A stretch of 64,000 nt of DNA, taken from Ginglymostoma cirratum. Lineage: Eukaryota. The position numbers and the translations under genes were made by a program. Under the pieces are notes generated by a model. It was not told where the DNA came from. It did not search any database and saw only the letters and a program-made list of their open reading frames with translations. Numbering within the stretch: the first letter of the stretch is position 1; every line of letters starts with the position of its first letter. Below are positions 26,801-38,572 of the stretch, one piece after another. The stretch spans positions 26,128,256-26,192,255 of the forward strand of contig JAHRHZ010000267.1 of assembly GCA_024137785.1 (NCBI GenBank), given 5' to 3'.

Positions 26801-28765
26801 AGTTACGTGAAAATTAAGGAAAAAATACTTCTATTTATGTACCAGCTAATGAGATTGAAATTGTGCAAAGTATTTCATATTAAATGAATGACTTGCGCAG
26901 TGAATACATTGATCCAGTGAAAATACCATTCCACATACAGCCATGGCTAGATCTGGTTTTAATGATGCTGATTGAATGTGGAATGTTTTGAACTGGAAAC
27001 TAAGATATAATGCTAATTATCTCTGAATTATATCATATGACCTTACTAGCAATCTGTATGGTCAAAGACCTCTAAGATGATAATTGTTCATTGAATGATG
27101 TAATTTTAAAACATTCTTACACCAAAAAAAAGCCTAGTCACTCCAATAATCAACCCATCCTCCAACTTGTTGTGCACAAGTTCTCTAAATGTTTTTACAT
27201 GTGATAAATTAGAGGTGTGTATGGGTTTCACAGCTGTAACATAGAGGCAACACAGCTTGTAATATTGATATCTAAGTAATCTGTAGTGTTAATGTAATCC
27301 AAGGTGAATGAAGGGTAACTCCAGTTCCTTCCTTCCAGTGCCAGGTCTTCCACTTCCATATACACAAATTCCGATTGCAGCTTTAACTCCATCTTCCCGC
27401 CTGTCTTCTGTAATTACTTCATCGATCAGAAACCTTCCTAACTCAGCATTGAAAATAACAAGTATCTTAATCTCTACTACTCCCTGAGGAATAAGTCCAA
27501 AAATTAACAAACCCCTGATAGAATAAATTCACAGAATCATTGAATTGTTACAGTGCAGGAGGCCAGTCGGCCCATCATGTCTGGTCTTCAAATGAGCATC
27601 ATTATCTAGTGCCAACTTCCTGCTTCTTCCCCAAACACTTGCACACTATTTCTACCCAAATAGTCATCCAGTGCCTTCTTGCATGTCTCAATTGAACTCA
27701 CCCCATCATTTCCTCTTTACTTCTGTCTTAAAAGGGAGACCCCTTATTTTGAAACAGCATCCCCGGTACTAGATTCTCTGAGCATTGGCATGTCAAACCT
27801 TTTGGAATCATCAATGTTTCAATAAGATCACCTCATCGGCTATACTGCCACATTACTGTCTATGACACGTTGACATCTATGCAATAGAGATAAACTGATT
27901 CATATCCTAGTAGGTATTGAACTTACTCCCAGCTATAGATCTGCCAAGTGGGTGGACATTGGAGGTTAGCATGGAACAAGTCAGAATTTGTTGTTGAAAT
28001 CAAATCAGTCTTTAATAATTCATCTATATGCTATCAAAGCATGACTAAGGCAGCAATTAAGCCATCAGAGATAAGCTTTTCACGGGGACAAGTGCTGCAG
28101 CAGTTTGTGTGGGCCAGCATTGCCTAACACTTAACTGTTATCAGTTTAAAAAAGCAAACACAACTAGGTAAGTGGGATCTGAATGAGGGAAAAATAAACC
28201 TGTTTTTCTCTGTTTGTTAGGTTCACAATTAACTTGCACAGCTTTCCAAACTAATATGTGTGCTAGATATGGACACTTCAAAGTAATTCTCAGTTTTCAA
28301 GCAAAGGTGAATATTAGCATTTTCATTTCAACAATGCATGCATTTGATCAAGTCACCATGTACCCAGCAGTTTAGAATAATTACAATAGGTACTCATGAA
28401 GTGAAAGTTCCAAATAATAATTTATCCTCTGTTTACTAATGGAGAACCACATTCGAAACAGGTGGTTTCCAAATAACCTCAGCCGCTGATGCTGTGGAAT
28501 CCACCCTGCATTTGTTAAGTGAACTGTACAACTGGTTGAAAATCACAGTGCATGACTTTCACTTTCTGTCTACTAAAATATCACAGAATTCCTACAGTGT
28601 GGAAACAGGCCATTCAGCCCAACAAGTCCACACTGTCTTTCTGAATAGCATCGCACCCAGACTCACCCCTTACCCTATCCCTGTAACCCTGCTTTTCCCA
28701 TGGCCAATCCACCTAACCTGCACATCTTAGGACTGTGGGAGGAAAGCCACACAGACATGAGGAGA

Positions 28766-28980
28766 CAATAGGTACTGCAGATGCTGGAGAATCCGAGATA
28801 GCAAAGTGTGGAGCTGGATGAACACAGCAGGCCAAGCAGCATCATAGGAGCAGGAAGGCTGATGTTTCAGGCCTAGACCCTTCATCAGAAAAAGACTTTT
28901 CTGATGAAGGGTCCAGGCCCGAAACGTCAAGCTTTCCTGCTCGGCCTGCTGTGTTCATCTAGCTCCACACCTTGTTATCT
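28766..28980. mobile_element. Palindromic Penelope-terminus mini-element (two inverted arms) inserted in a SINE
   Basis: The arms are reverse complements around aaaagactttt. TSD cagac(a/c)tgaggaga at 28752-28765 and 28981-28994. The arms match the 3' end of the 58722-61221 element. Confidence 0.9.
28901..28928 (+). ncRNA. Minimal hammerhead ribozyme core
   Basis: CTGATGA-a-gggt(ccag)gccc-GAAACGTC. Intact core, stem II, palindromic ACGT and GUC triplet; stem I is weak (ttt/aag). Confidence 0.6.
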
Positions 28981-31927
28981 CAGACCTGAGGAGAATGTGC
29001 AAACTCCACCCAGACAGTTGCCTGAGGCTGGAATTGAACTTGGGTCCATGGTGCTATGAGACAGCAGTACTAACTGCTGAGCCACGGTGCTGCCCTGATA
29101 TATTTAATGACTGTGAATATTATATTTCTGGTCTGTGCGACTGGGCTCAGTGCTCTGCATCATGTGGCATGAGAAAACAGTATTTAGCATTGGCAAAGGA
29201 AGTATTCCCATTTGAGGCTGGTAGTGTAGGGCATTGCCTGCAAAAATGACCATTTTGTGGAGGGTGGACCATCTTAAAAAGCATTAGTGCTGCTTCAGTT
29301 ACCTCATTGCATCTCGCAGAACTACAAACTACAATAAGTTATTTGAAGTTGTCTTTATCTATTAATCACTGAACTAGTCCATAATTCTGTCAGAAAGGTC
29401 CTGCTTTATGATATATATGCTTACCTCTTACAGCTGTTAAAATTGACAGGAGGCCAATGGCCATGGTTAGATACTTCTATCCATAAAAGGTGATGGACAC
29501 TGAGCAAACAAATCCACTTCAGATGAGATACTTTCAAAAAGCACAGATACTGATGGCTGAAGAGCCAATTCTTGACAGGCAGGTTTTGTCACAAGTGCTG
29601 AAAAGCTAATAATTTTCGTTGTGAGTTGGTGTTTTCAGCAATACCACCTGTTGCCAAGTTGCTGTAGTAACTGGTTAACATGGTGCATGCCAGCTCACAA
29701 GAGATGTAATCATTTTTCTCTGGGGTCAACCAGTGACTTCGAGGAGCAATAATCAATATCCAGTGTCTTCGCATTGCTTGAAAACATCTTGATGCAAAGT
29801 TATTAGTGTTCTCTTGGTTATCTGGCTCCAGTGACCTCACTACACGAAAAGTACTATTTTCACTATATTCACTTCTGTGTGTATTTGGCCAATCTTGAAA
29901 GCCTGCAACGTGACTGAGACAATGAAACTATCTCAGTTTGATAACTGCTAACAAATTTAGGAGCTCTGCTTTTGAGGGGACTGCTGCATTTGTGAGTTTG
30001 TCCTGACAGGAAAATTATTTTCATTCTCTCTACATCTCCCCACCCTTTCTCACCATTGTTAACACCACACAAGGATGGGAAAATTCTGCTCTGCTCTGAA
30101 ATGAACAGGCAGTTTGATTTAGGTCTTATTCATCAATAATCATCAAGATAATAGTGCTCAAAAATCCCTTTTCCAAAATTACCACCACATCTATAAAGGG
30201 CAAAGCAGCAGAGAGATGTAAATGTAAACAGAACTGAGTTACCTGGCATCATGGCTGATTGCCAAGGATTGGGGTTGCAGGTTGGCCCCTTCTCTACTAG
30301 AAATTATAGGCTGTCCTTCCTTTCATTTCTAACCAATGACTTTGCTGCATTAGTAGAAGGTGCAGCTCTTATTAAATTCAATGACAACTTATCAGCTCTA
30401 AAAAGCCTGGTTATGAGACAATGATTATTTAATTATAGGGACTAGAAGGCCAAGTTTCACTGAGTTAAATTAGAAATGATATTCTCTTGTTGCTACAGCA
30501 CTGGTATTGAATTGGCTCATTTCTCTCCACAGCATAGAAGTGAATATAGTGAAAATAATACACAATTTCCTGATCTACTTGGGGAAATTGAAACTCATGA
30601 TAGTACTAGTAAAAAGATGATTGTTGCAGACAGCCAAAGGATCTATTCAAAGAAATTAGTGCAGCACTGCATATTTGCCCACCCACAACTAACCCAAACC
30701 CCCACCCCAGCCCCCATCACTGTAGCCTCCTACAGTTTCTCAACAATTCCAAAACTTTTGCCTCCAGTACTCCATCTTGAACTTTATTTCAGCTGTTTTT
30801 GATGCCTGTGCGAAGAAGACTCTCCTGACATCCTAAAGTTATCTTCTATAGCTTGAACCAGTACATCTTTGTACTGTTTCTAAAACTTATTTTAAAATAA
30901 TGATTATAGAGCACTCTCCAAGGAGAGCAACTGCATGCACCTCATCCAGGAACCTTGGCATCCAGCATTTGTCGGTTTCACTGCATCATCATGGCACATC
31001 TCTAACACACTTCCAGTATGTTTTAATGTTGGACTTTGGAGCACACCAGCATTCTCATTATAATGCTGTTGCAAGAACACTTTGCATGCAGGGACAGGTA
31101 CCCAATCAATGGATTGGATCAGGCTGCATCTTAGGGCTCCTTACTCATTCACTTTGAGCCAACTTAGATGCTCAAGTTATCTCTGTCCTTGCCTTGCCAT
31201 TTTACAGTGTGTCCCCTCAGCCAGAGCTAACGGGCTCACAATACCTCTATCTTGTGTTGCCTTTTAGCGCAAACACAAAACTAGGCAGCTTGTTATGGTT
31301 GCCAGCAGTCATCAGTTAACAGGATGTACATGTTGCTCTGTGGCACTGTTATGTCAATCTGAAACCAGCACCCTATACCAGCCATGTATGGATCAAATGC
31401 ACCGTCTGTGCTTCAAGCAAATAGCCATGTATCAAAATCGAATGAGGGCAGTCTTCAGTTACATTTGGGGAGACACATCTCAGGAAGGGGTTCTTGGTAC
31501 AGTAATTCGATAACAGGTTCCAGTATCATTCTAGGGGCTTAGGCTGGTCACAGACAAGATTCTCTGCTTGGTGATGAGAAGACAAGTATTGTGATTCCCA
31601 CCATAGTCTTTCCAGGACTCTCTCTGACATACTGTGGGTTGTTTTCTCCTAGAATGAGAGAAAGGGAGAGACTGAGTAAGATGAAAGTGGATGGCACAGC
31701 TGTTGCTGCTGCAGTTTGGGGAAAGGTCATGAGGTGTCTCAAATGAATAACAGGGCAGCACAGAGGTCACGCAGGATTCGTAGCGTGGGGAGTTAGAATT
31801 GGAGAGAGCAAGTGAGGTAAAATGTTGCATGCAACAGTGAGAGCGGTTGAGTATGATCCTTTGAAGGGAGGTGGATGCAGTAGCAGTGATGGAGTGAGTG
31901 TGAGCTTGCAGAGAGAAAATGGTGGTA

Positions 31928-32164
31928 TTAGATGGTTGGAGCAGAGAAGGTCATTAACCTTTCTCCTACACTGCTGGGGTTCCCACAGATAATTGAGACT
32001 GTATTATCCAGGCTGGCAAACTTGGACCAGACTGGCAGGGACTGGGTGTCCAGGCCTCTGCCACTGATTCTGGGGAAGAGGATGCCTCTCTCAGCACATG
32101 CATCTACCAGGGCCTCCATGTCTTTGTCTACAAAACAGCATACTAATTTCTCCTCTTCTGCCAT
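31928..32164 (-). pseudogene. Second decayed Myb/SANT-like Harbinger ORF
   Basis: FVDKDMEALVDACAERGILFP...WSKFAS..N.VS, then a frameshift to QQCRRKVNDLL. The flank (31600-31920) resembles 1260-1520. Confidence 0.6.
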
Positions 32165-34364
32165 ATCCAGGCCCTATGTCACAAATCATACAGGACAGCT
32201 CCACAGTGACAGCACTTGACTAGGTGTACAATAGCCTTTTAAGCATGGTGCTAGTGCCAGGAATCCCAAGGAAGTCCCAGCAGTGTCAAGTACTTATACC
32301 TATGGTGAGAGGGAGAATTGAGCTAGCATCAGATAATTTGTGGTATACTAGTGGTGTGGTAGGTAGTTATGAGGTGAGTTTGGGATGATCACATGAGAAA
32401 ACATGCTAGGTCTCGTGGAGTAAAATCCTCCATGAAACGTTACAAAAATTACACAATCAATTTCTGATAAAATTCAGCCTAATGTAACTAATACTTCCTT
32501 TATCGACTGGATAATACAACATTCTATTAGTTCTGTTGATTGCTGTTCTTCATCTGAAAGACATATGTGGTGTTGAATCTGTAAGACTCCCTTGTCTCCT
32601 TCAACTCAATTTTCTAACAGTATCAGCTCCATTTATGGAATATGCATATCATTGTTTTTGTTTCCCACATATATTACTTTACATTTATCTGCAATAAATC
32701 TCATTCCTCACTGATGAGCCCACTTTCGTACTTGGTCTGATTCATACTGTAATTTCTTATCTGTGTCTCATTTCCTCTGCCCGATCCAGTTTGGTGTGAT
32801 TTGCAATTTGACCCTGCACATTAATTTTCTGAATCTAGATTGTTAATGTAAATTCATATGGTAATGATTCCCATAATGAGCCCCAAGGTATCCCATTGTC
32901 AAGCGAACCTCGCTCCCCCAACCCCTAACTCCCCCACCAACCCTTGTACAATTCATCAGATGAACACTTGTTGCTTTCTGCCCCGTGTCAGTTTCTTATT
33001 CCTTCCATGGTTTACTCTGAATTCCTGAAAGATTGAGTTTGGTTAGTAACCTATTACTTAAGTAGAACTTATTGGAAGTCTTTTGGAAGTGTATGTGCCC
33101 CATGTCCCAGTATTTGCTGTAGATCACTTTAGTTGTCACTCACCAAATTTGTTGAAGGTGACAGGATCTTGCCTTTCAGAATGAATTCTGAATATTTTTA
33201 GCTAGGTTAATCCTCTATGGATAATCATCAGGTTTGGAATGCTTTAAGACTAGTGTGTCTGCAGTTGGCTTCCTGGCTGCTCTACCCTGTCTGAAGCAGG
33301 CAGAAGGTTTGGCTCGATTGAGATTTGGAAAAATTGAATTTTTGATATAGCATTGTCAAATACTAAGAGATGCATATCTCTGAACTTTTAAATGTGAAAA
33401 ACTTTGAAAGTGTGTGGGAATATTAAATATTTAGGATTAACTGTAGTCAATCCTCGAGGATATATTTCTCACTCATAATGAGATGAATTATAAGATTTTG
33501 CATTCTTACACTGGATAATGTAGGACAGATTTTGAATTAAAATTTTTTAGTTTTTAAGTAAAATCATTTGAAAGGTTTTATTAAAAAGCAAACTTTCACA
33601 AAAAAAAGCATGATCTCTATTGTTGTGTCTAAGTTATTAAACACAACTGCTCGTTTTAGTCATGTTCCCAGGCGGTTTTCTATATGCTATCTACAGACTA
33701 GTGTTGCCTAGGTAAAATGTAAAGAACACACTCAACCATGAATATGAAACTAATCTGAACCGGTGTTGGATTAGCTAGTTCAACTTCACTATAGTTTTAA
33801 CAGAAAGATAGAACAAAGCCACACTGTGTTATGGACCCTCCATAATTATCATCTTTGTCACGAGTACAATGAACACCCTCTACCATTCCTGTCCTGAATC
33901 CAAAAAGAGTGCTGTACAAAATTTGGAAACTGATCAGTTTAATGCTTATAGAATGTAGTATAAAGCAATAACCATCTCTCTCACACAAGTTAGTGTTCTT
34001 GTTCAAACAATGACAATTACGGATGACCTCAATCTCACTATGTAAATTCACAGTAAGAGATCATGAGTGTGGACTGAACCTTCAACTTAACACTTCTTGG
34101 CAGTAATATATTTTACTATCAGCTGTAAAAGATCAGGTGAGTTTCATTTTTAATATCTATTGGCTTAATTATAAACGATACATAATCTAAACATGGTTTT
34201 AGTTTTTTTGGTATCTATTTCTCCACTCAAATATGGAAATATTTTTATTTTTGAAACATTTTATATATAGCACAACTAATATTAACTTTAATGTTCTCTG
34301 TGCATGGGTAGCGAGGGTTTTATCAAATTAGTTTGGCATTGTGGTGAAAGACTGCAGGCAAAAC

Positions 34365-34462
34365 ATTTCTGAAGAAGGGTCTAGGCCCGAAACGTCCGCC
34401 TTCCTGCTCCTCTGATGCTGCTTAGCCTGCTGTGTTCATCCAGCTCTACACCTTATTATCTC
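34365..34462 (+). mobile_element. Single-arm Penelope-terminus mini-element with hammerhead core (34369-34396)
   Basis: CTGAAGA-a-gggt(ctag)gccc-GAAACGTC...ccttattatctc, nearly identical to 61128-61221. No TSD seen. Confidence 0.82.
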
Positions 34463-35139
34463 CTCACAATAGTCTATTTTTCCCAATATGGTAATTCGAA
34501 CATGTACTTCAATTCATTGCCCAAATTTTAACCAACAATGTGCATTTATATAGCACTTTGAACATTGTAAAACATCTGAAATAGCTTGACAAGAGCATTA
34601 TTAATTTAATTTTGACAAGGAGCCACATAAGTAGATATCAGATGACTTCAAGCTTGGTCAGAGTAATTAGTTTTAAGGAATAACGAAGAAGTCCACAACC
34701 TCCTTACATCTATTGTTGGGGATGATAATGGAGGAGACACGGGAGTTGGAAATAACAAGTTGGTTTGTAGTAAAGAAGAGAATCCTGGGGTTACTGTTGT
34801 GTTCCTGGATAATGCTGGAACAGGAGCTTTGGCAAAGGGGACCAGAATCTGCTCTAAGGTTTTACACTATGCAGCCAGATCAAACAATGCATATTTAAGT
34901 CTGGTGTTCTCCATTGGTAATGAGATCTGAGTCCTTTGAAGTTAAGGGAAGGCAAAATGAGGGCTGCACACGAGAGAATGGCCAGGGTGAGAAGAAATAA
35001 TGGTTTTAATGGGATCTAATAGCATAGGGAGGAGATTAAGCAGATCAGTAGTTGCAGTAATGATGAATAGCAGGCCAGAGACTAGATATTTTGGAACATT
35101 ACATGAGTTGCAAATAGATTGCAAACCATATTACGATGA

Positions 35140-35409
35140 GCCAAGTTAGGCAGGTTCAGGAACAGCTTCTTCCAGGCTGTTTTTAGACTGATGAATGGAC
35201 TCTCTAACTCCAAACAGTGCTGAGGTTGCTAATGTTGATCTTGCCTAGCGCATGCCCTGTACAATCTAATCTATATGCCTCTGTTCTCACCCTATGATCT
35301 GTTTGTTCTTGCTTGCTATGACCTGCCTATACTGCTTGTAAACAAAGCTTTTCACTGTATTTAGGTACACATGACAATAAGTCAATTGAATAAAATCAAA
35401 TCAAATCAA
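35140..35409 (+). mobile_element. Rex1/Babar-like LINE 3' end with (aaatc)n tail
   Basis: aggttcaggaacagcttcttccaggctgtttttagactgatgaat = RFRNSFFQAVFRLMN; 3' end ttttcactgt...gacaataa followed by aaatc repeats. Confidence 0.65.
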
Positions 35410-35639
35410 TGGTTTCCTTCATATATTTTTCTGTTAAAAAAATCTCTTCCTCCCAGATCCTTGAAATCTCTTCCCAATACATTTTCACCATTGCTGCTTC
35501 AACCCTACTTCATGTAGATTTTCACCTCAAATATTAACTCTTCTAATTCTTAGCCGAATACTCAACCGTTCACAGCTGCTTCTAAGTGTTACAGTCTGCA
35601 GCTCTGCTCACGAGAGGTCCCTTGTTTCCACTGCCCTAC

Positions 35640-37262
35640 GGGAAACAAATGCCATCTGACTGAACGTGACCTGCGAACAACTATACTTCCTGCACAAATA
35701 CCTCAGTAAAATCAGCAAGACAGATTACCAAAAAAAATGAAACCAGAATGATGCAACACACTCTGATTTTATGGACTCCCCAAGGTACACAAACCAGGAG
35801 TCCCCTGAGACGCATTTGTCTCACTACCAGATACACCAACACATAGACTTGCCAAAGAACTACAACAGAAATTGAAATACTTAGTTGACAACACTGCCCA
35901 CTCCATCCACTCATCCCAAGAATTCCTCAACATCATCAAGGACACCAGGATAGAAGAGGACGAGATGAAGATATCCTTCGACGTAACAACACTATTTACA
36001 TCCATAAACGTCGACCTAGCCAATTGCCACACTACTGGACGAATCAAGTAGGCAGGCACCCCAGGACACCAACAAAATCAATAAGGACACCACCATGAAA
36101 CTACTAAATCTGTGACTCACAACCCACTTCACCTTCAACAACAGCATATACAAACCAATCAATGGAACACCAATGGGATCCCCAGTATCAGAACTGATTG
36201 CAGAAGCAATAATGCAAAGGTTAGAATGAACAGCACTCCCCACTATACAACCCAAACTTTGGGTCCGATATGTAGATGACACCTTTGTGATTATTAAATG
36301 CACAAAACCAGAAGAAACCCACTGACACATAAACAACACCCTTACCGGGATAAAATTCACGAAAGAAGGAGAGAACAGTAACCAACTACCCTTCCTGGAC
36401 ACAATGGTAGAACACAAAAAAAATGGGGGGCTCCAGACTAGCGTATCTAGAAAGACCACACATATGGACCAGATACTCAATTACACGAGCAACCACCCTA
36501 GCGCCCACAAACGGAACTACATCAGGACACTATTTGAATGAGCCACAACACATTACATCAACCAAGAACTACACAGAGCAGAACAGGAGCACCTATACAG
36601 AGCCTTCAAAAGGAATAGATACCCGAAAAGCACAATCTGCTGTTGCCTCCAAGACAGACCACGACAGGAAGACACAACATGACCAGACTCAATAATCACC
36701 CTACCATACATCAAGGACATATCAGAGATGACCACAAGACCACTCAGACCCCTAGGTATCAGGGGACCCCACAAACCAATAACCACTCTACGACACCTAC
36801 TGACAAACGTAAAGGATCCCATACCCAAAACCAGCAAAACTTGGATAATACACAAAATACCATGCAACGACTGTGAGAAACACTACCCAGGCCAAATTGG
36901 AAGAAAACTAACAATACGGATATAGGAACACCAATTAGCCACCAAGGGACATGACCAATTCTCATTTGTCTCACTACACACGGACAATGAGGGACACGGA
37001 TTTGACTGGGACAACACATCCATAATCACATAAGCCAAACAGAAACACACCAGGGAATTCCTGGAGGCCTGGTATTTCATAATACCAACGACCCCAGCAA
37101 ACCAAGGCATATAAATAACAAGCGGGACAGAACACCAATGCTTTATCGGAGGTGCACTGACGATGTTACCTAGCAGGGTGACGAAATGTTTGCAACCAAG
37201 CTCACCGGCTCAGTGAACATGTCTACAAGCTCATCCACAACCCGAGCTACAAATCTTCTCGA
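35640..37262 (+). mobile_element. Penelope-like retroelement (Poseidon-like), decayed, RT + GIY-YIG
   Basis: Interrupted frames give FYGLPKVHKPGVP, SFDVTTLFTSI, NGTPMGSPVS, WVRYVDDTFVIIK, QLPFLDTMVE and GIY-YIG-like IIHKIPCNDCEKHYPGQIGRKL. The 3' end carries a hammerhead motif. The 5' boundary is approximate. Confidence 0.88.
37151..37197 (+). ncRNA. Minimal type I hammerhead ribozyme motif (partly decayed) at the Poseidon-like 3' end
   Basis: ggtgca-CTGACGA-t-gttacc(tagcag)ggtgac-GAAA-tgtt-tgcaacc. Stem I (tgca/tgca), core and stem II all pair. GAAATGTT looks like a decayed GAAACGTC. Confidence 0.7.
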
Positions 37263-38315
37263 AAACATTAGAAAGCTATCTTGTTGCGCACATTTCTCAT
37301 TCCATCAACGCTGGTGTATCCATTGTCCTGCACCCATTCTGCTCACTAATGGTAGCTACTGCAATTCGCTGGCAGGTCGCTCTGCCGTTGCAGTCAGAGC
37401 CGTTCTCTATGATAATATCTTTGCTTCACCATGACATTCAAATATCTCCTTCCCTTTCTTGGACATTTATTTTTAATACAAAGTGCTTTTGAAACATTGG
37501 CCAGAATCTTGAGGATACCACCCAAGGGGTTCTTGGTTGTTTACAGAGACTCAGGCATGTCCGCTTATTGTCTCTTACTAGGAAGATCTACCATGTCATA
37601 CAGCAGTCTGGAACGTTACAGGACAGTGGTGAGTTTTTCCCAGCAACAAGGACACCAAGACTGAAGGCCACATCCACTGAGAATTTCTAGCCAGTTGGAG
37701 CCTGGCAATGTTATTGAACAGCAGTGTCACTGGGGAGGCAGTGGCTCTTGCCGGTAAAACACCCACCCAAGGCCTACAAGTTCAGACAACAGGTTAGCAA
37801 TGACGTAAGGAAGTCACAGAATGGGGGTCGGGGAGAGGAGTCATTGGCAGTAAGGGCAGATTATGGTTCTCAGTGGGGCTTCCACCTTTCCTCTTGCCAG
37901 ATCTCCTGATCAGCCAGTGGGTGCCTTTGATCGAGGCACACTCTGGAAGCCCACAGGCAATCCTGCACAGTTTGTTTGTTGTACTCCATGTATACCAAAC
38001 CCTCATTAGCTCTGACTTAATACCAGCAGGGTGGAGTGAGGGTCTTAAGTGGGCATTAATCAGCTGTTTAAAGGCTGCAGTTTGTAGCAGAGCAGGAAGG
38101 CTGACCACAGTTTTAATGTGTGGAGATGCATCCTCACCTACCACCTCCTCGTCTTATTGAATGTCCTGTCCCACCATCAAATTAGTCACCAGAAGGGCAG
38201 AAGATTCCAGTGATCATTTTGGAAATGAAAAGTGTAAAACAATACAAGTTGTTGAAATAGTAATGTTACTATTTTAATGGTGAAATTATATTGAAGCAAT
38301 CATGTTCATTGCTGA

Positions 38316-38572
38316 GATAACAAGCATGGGGCTGGATGAACACAGCAGGTCAAGCAGCATCATAGGAGCAGGAAAACTTGACGTTTCNNNNNNNNNNCAT
38401 AGGAGCAGGAAAACTTGACGTTTCGGGCCTAAACCCTTCATCAGAAAAAATCGAAGGGTTTAGGCCTGAAACGTCAAGTTTTCCTGCTCCTATGATGCTG
38501 CTTGACCTGCTGTGTTCATCCAGCCCCATGCTTGTTATCTCGGATTCTCCAGCATCTGCAGTACCTTTTATC
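38316..38572. mobile_element. Palindromic Penelope-terminus mini-element
   Basis: Inverted arms around aaaaaatc. TSD tcatgttcat(t/a)gctga at 38300-38315 and 38573-38588. Contains a 10-N gap. Confidence 0.9.
38417..38444 (-). ncRNA. Minimal hammerhead ribozyme core, same sense as the klf5l pre-mRNA
   Basis: Minus strand reads CTGATGA-a-gggt(ttag)gccc-GAAACGTC. Confidence 0.6.

Larger units (their letters stand above)
28580..29097 (-). mobile_element. HE1-like SINE split by a hairpin mini-element
   Basis: Same family as 19797-20104; the sequence is continuous once 28766-28994 is removed. Confidence 0.88.

Noticed and set aside
28766-28980. Hairpin elements as DNA-transposon MITEs, CRISPR repeats or miRNA genes
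   Set aside because: The arms match a Penelope retroelement terminus, are asymmetric and have variable 11-17 bp TSDs; there is no spacer array, and no miRNA evidence is available.
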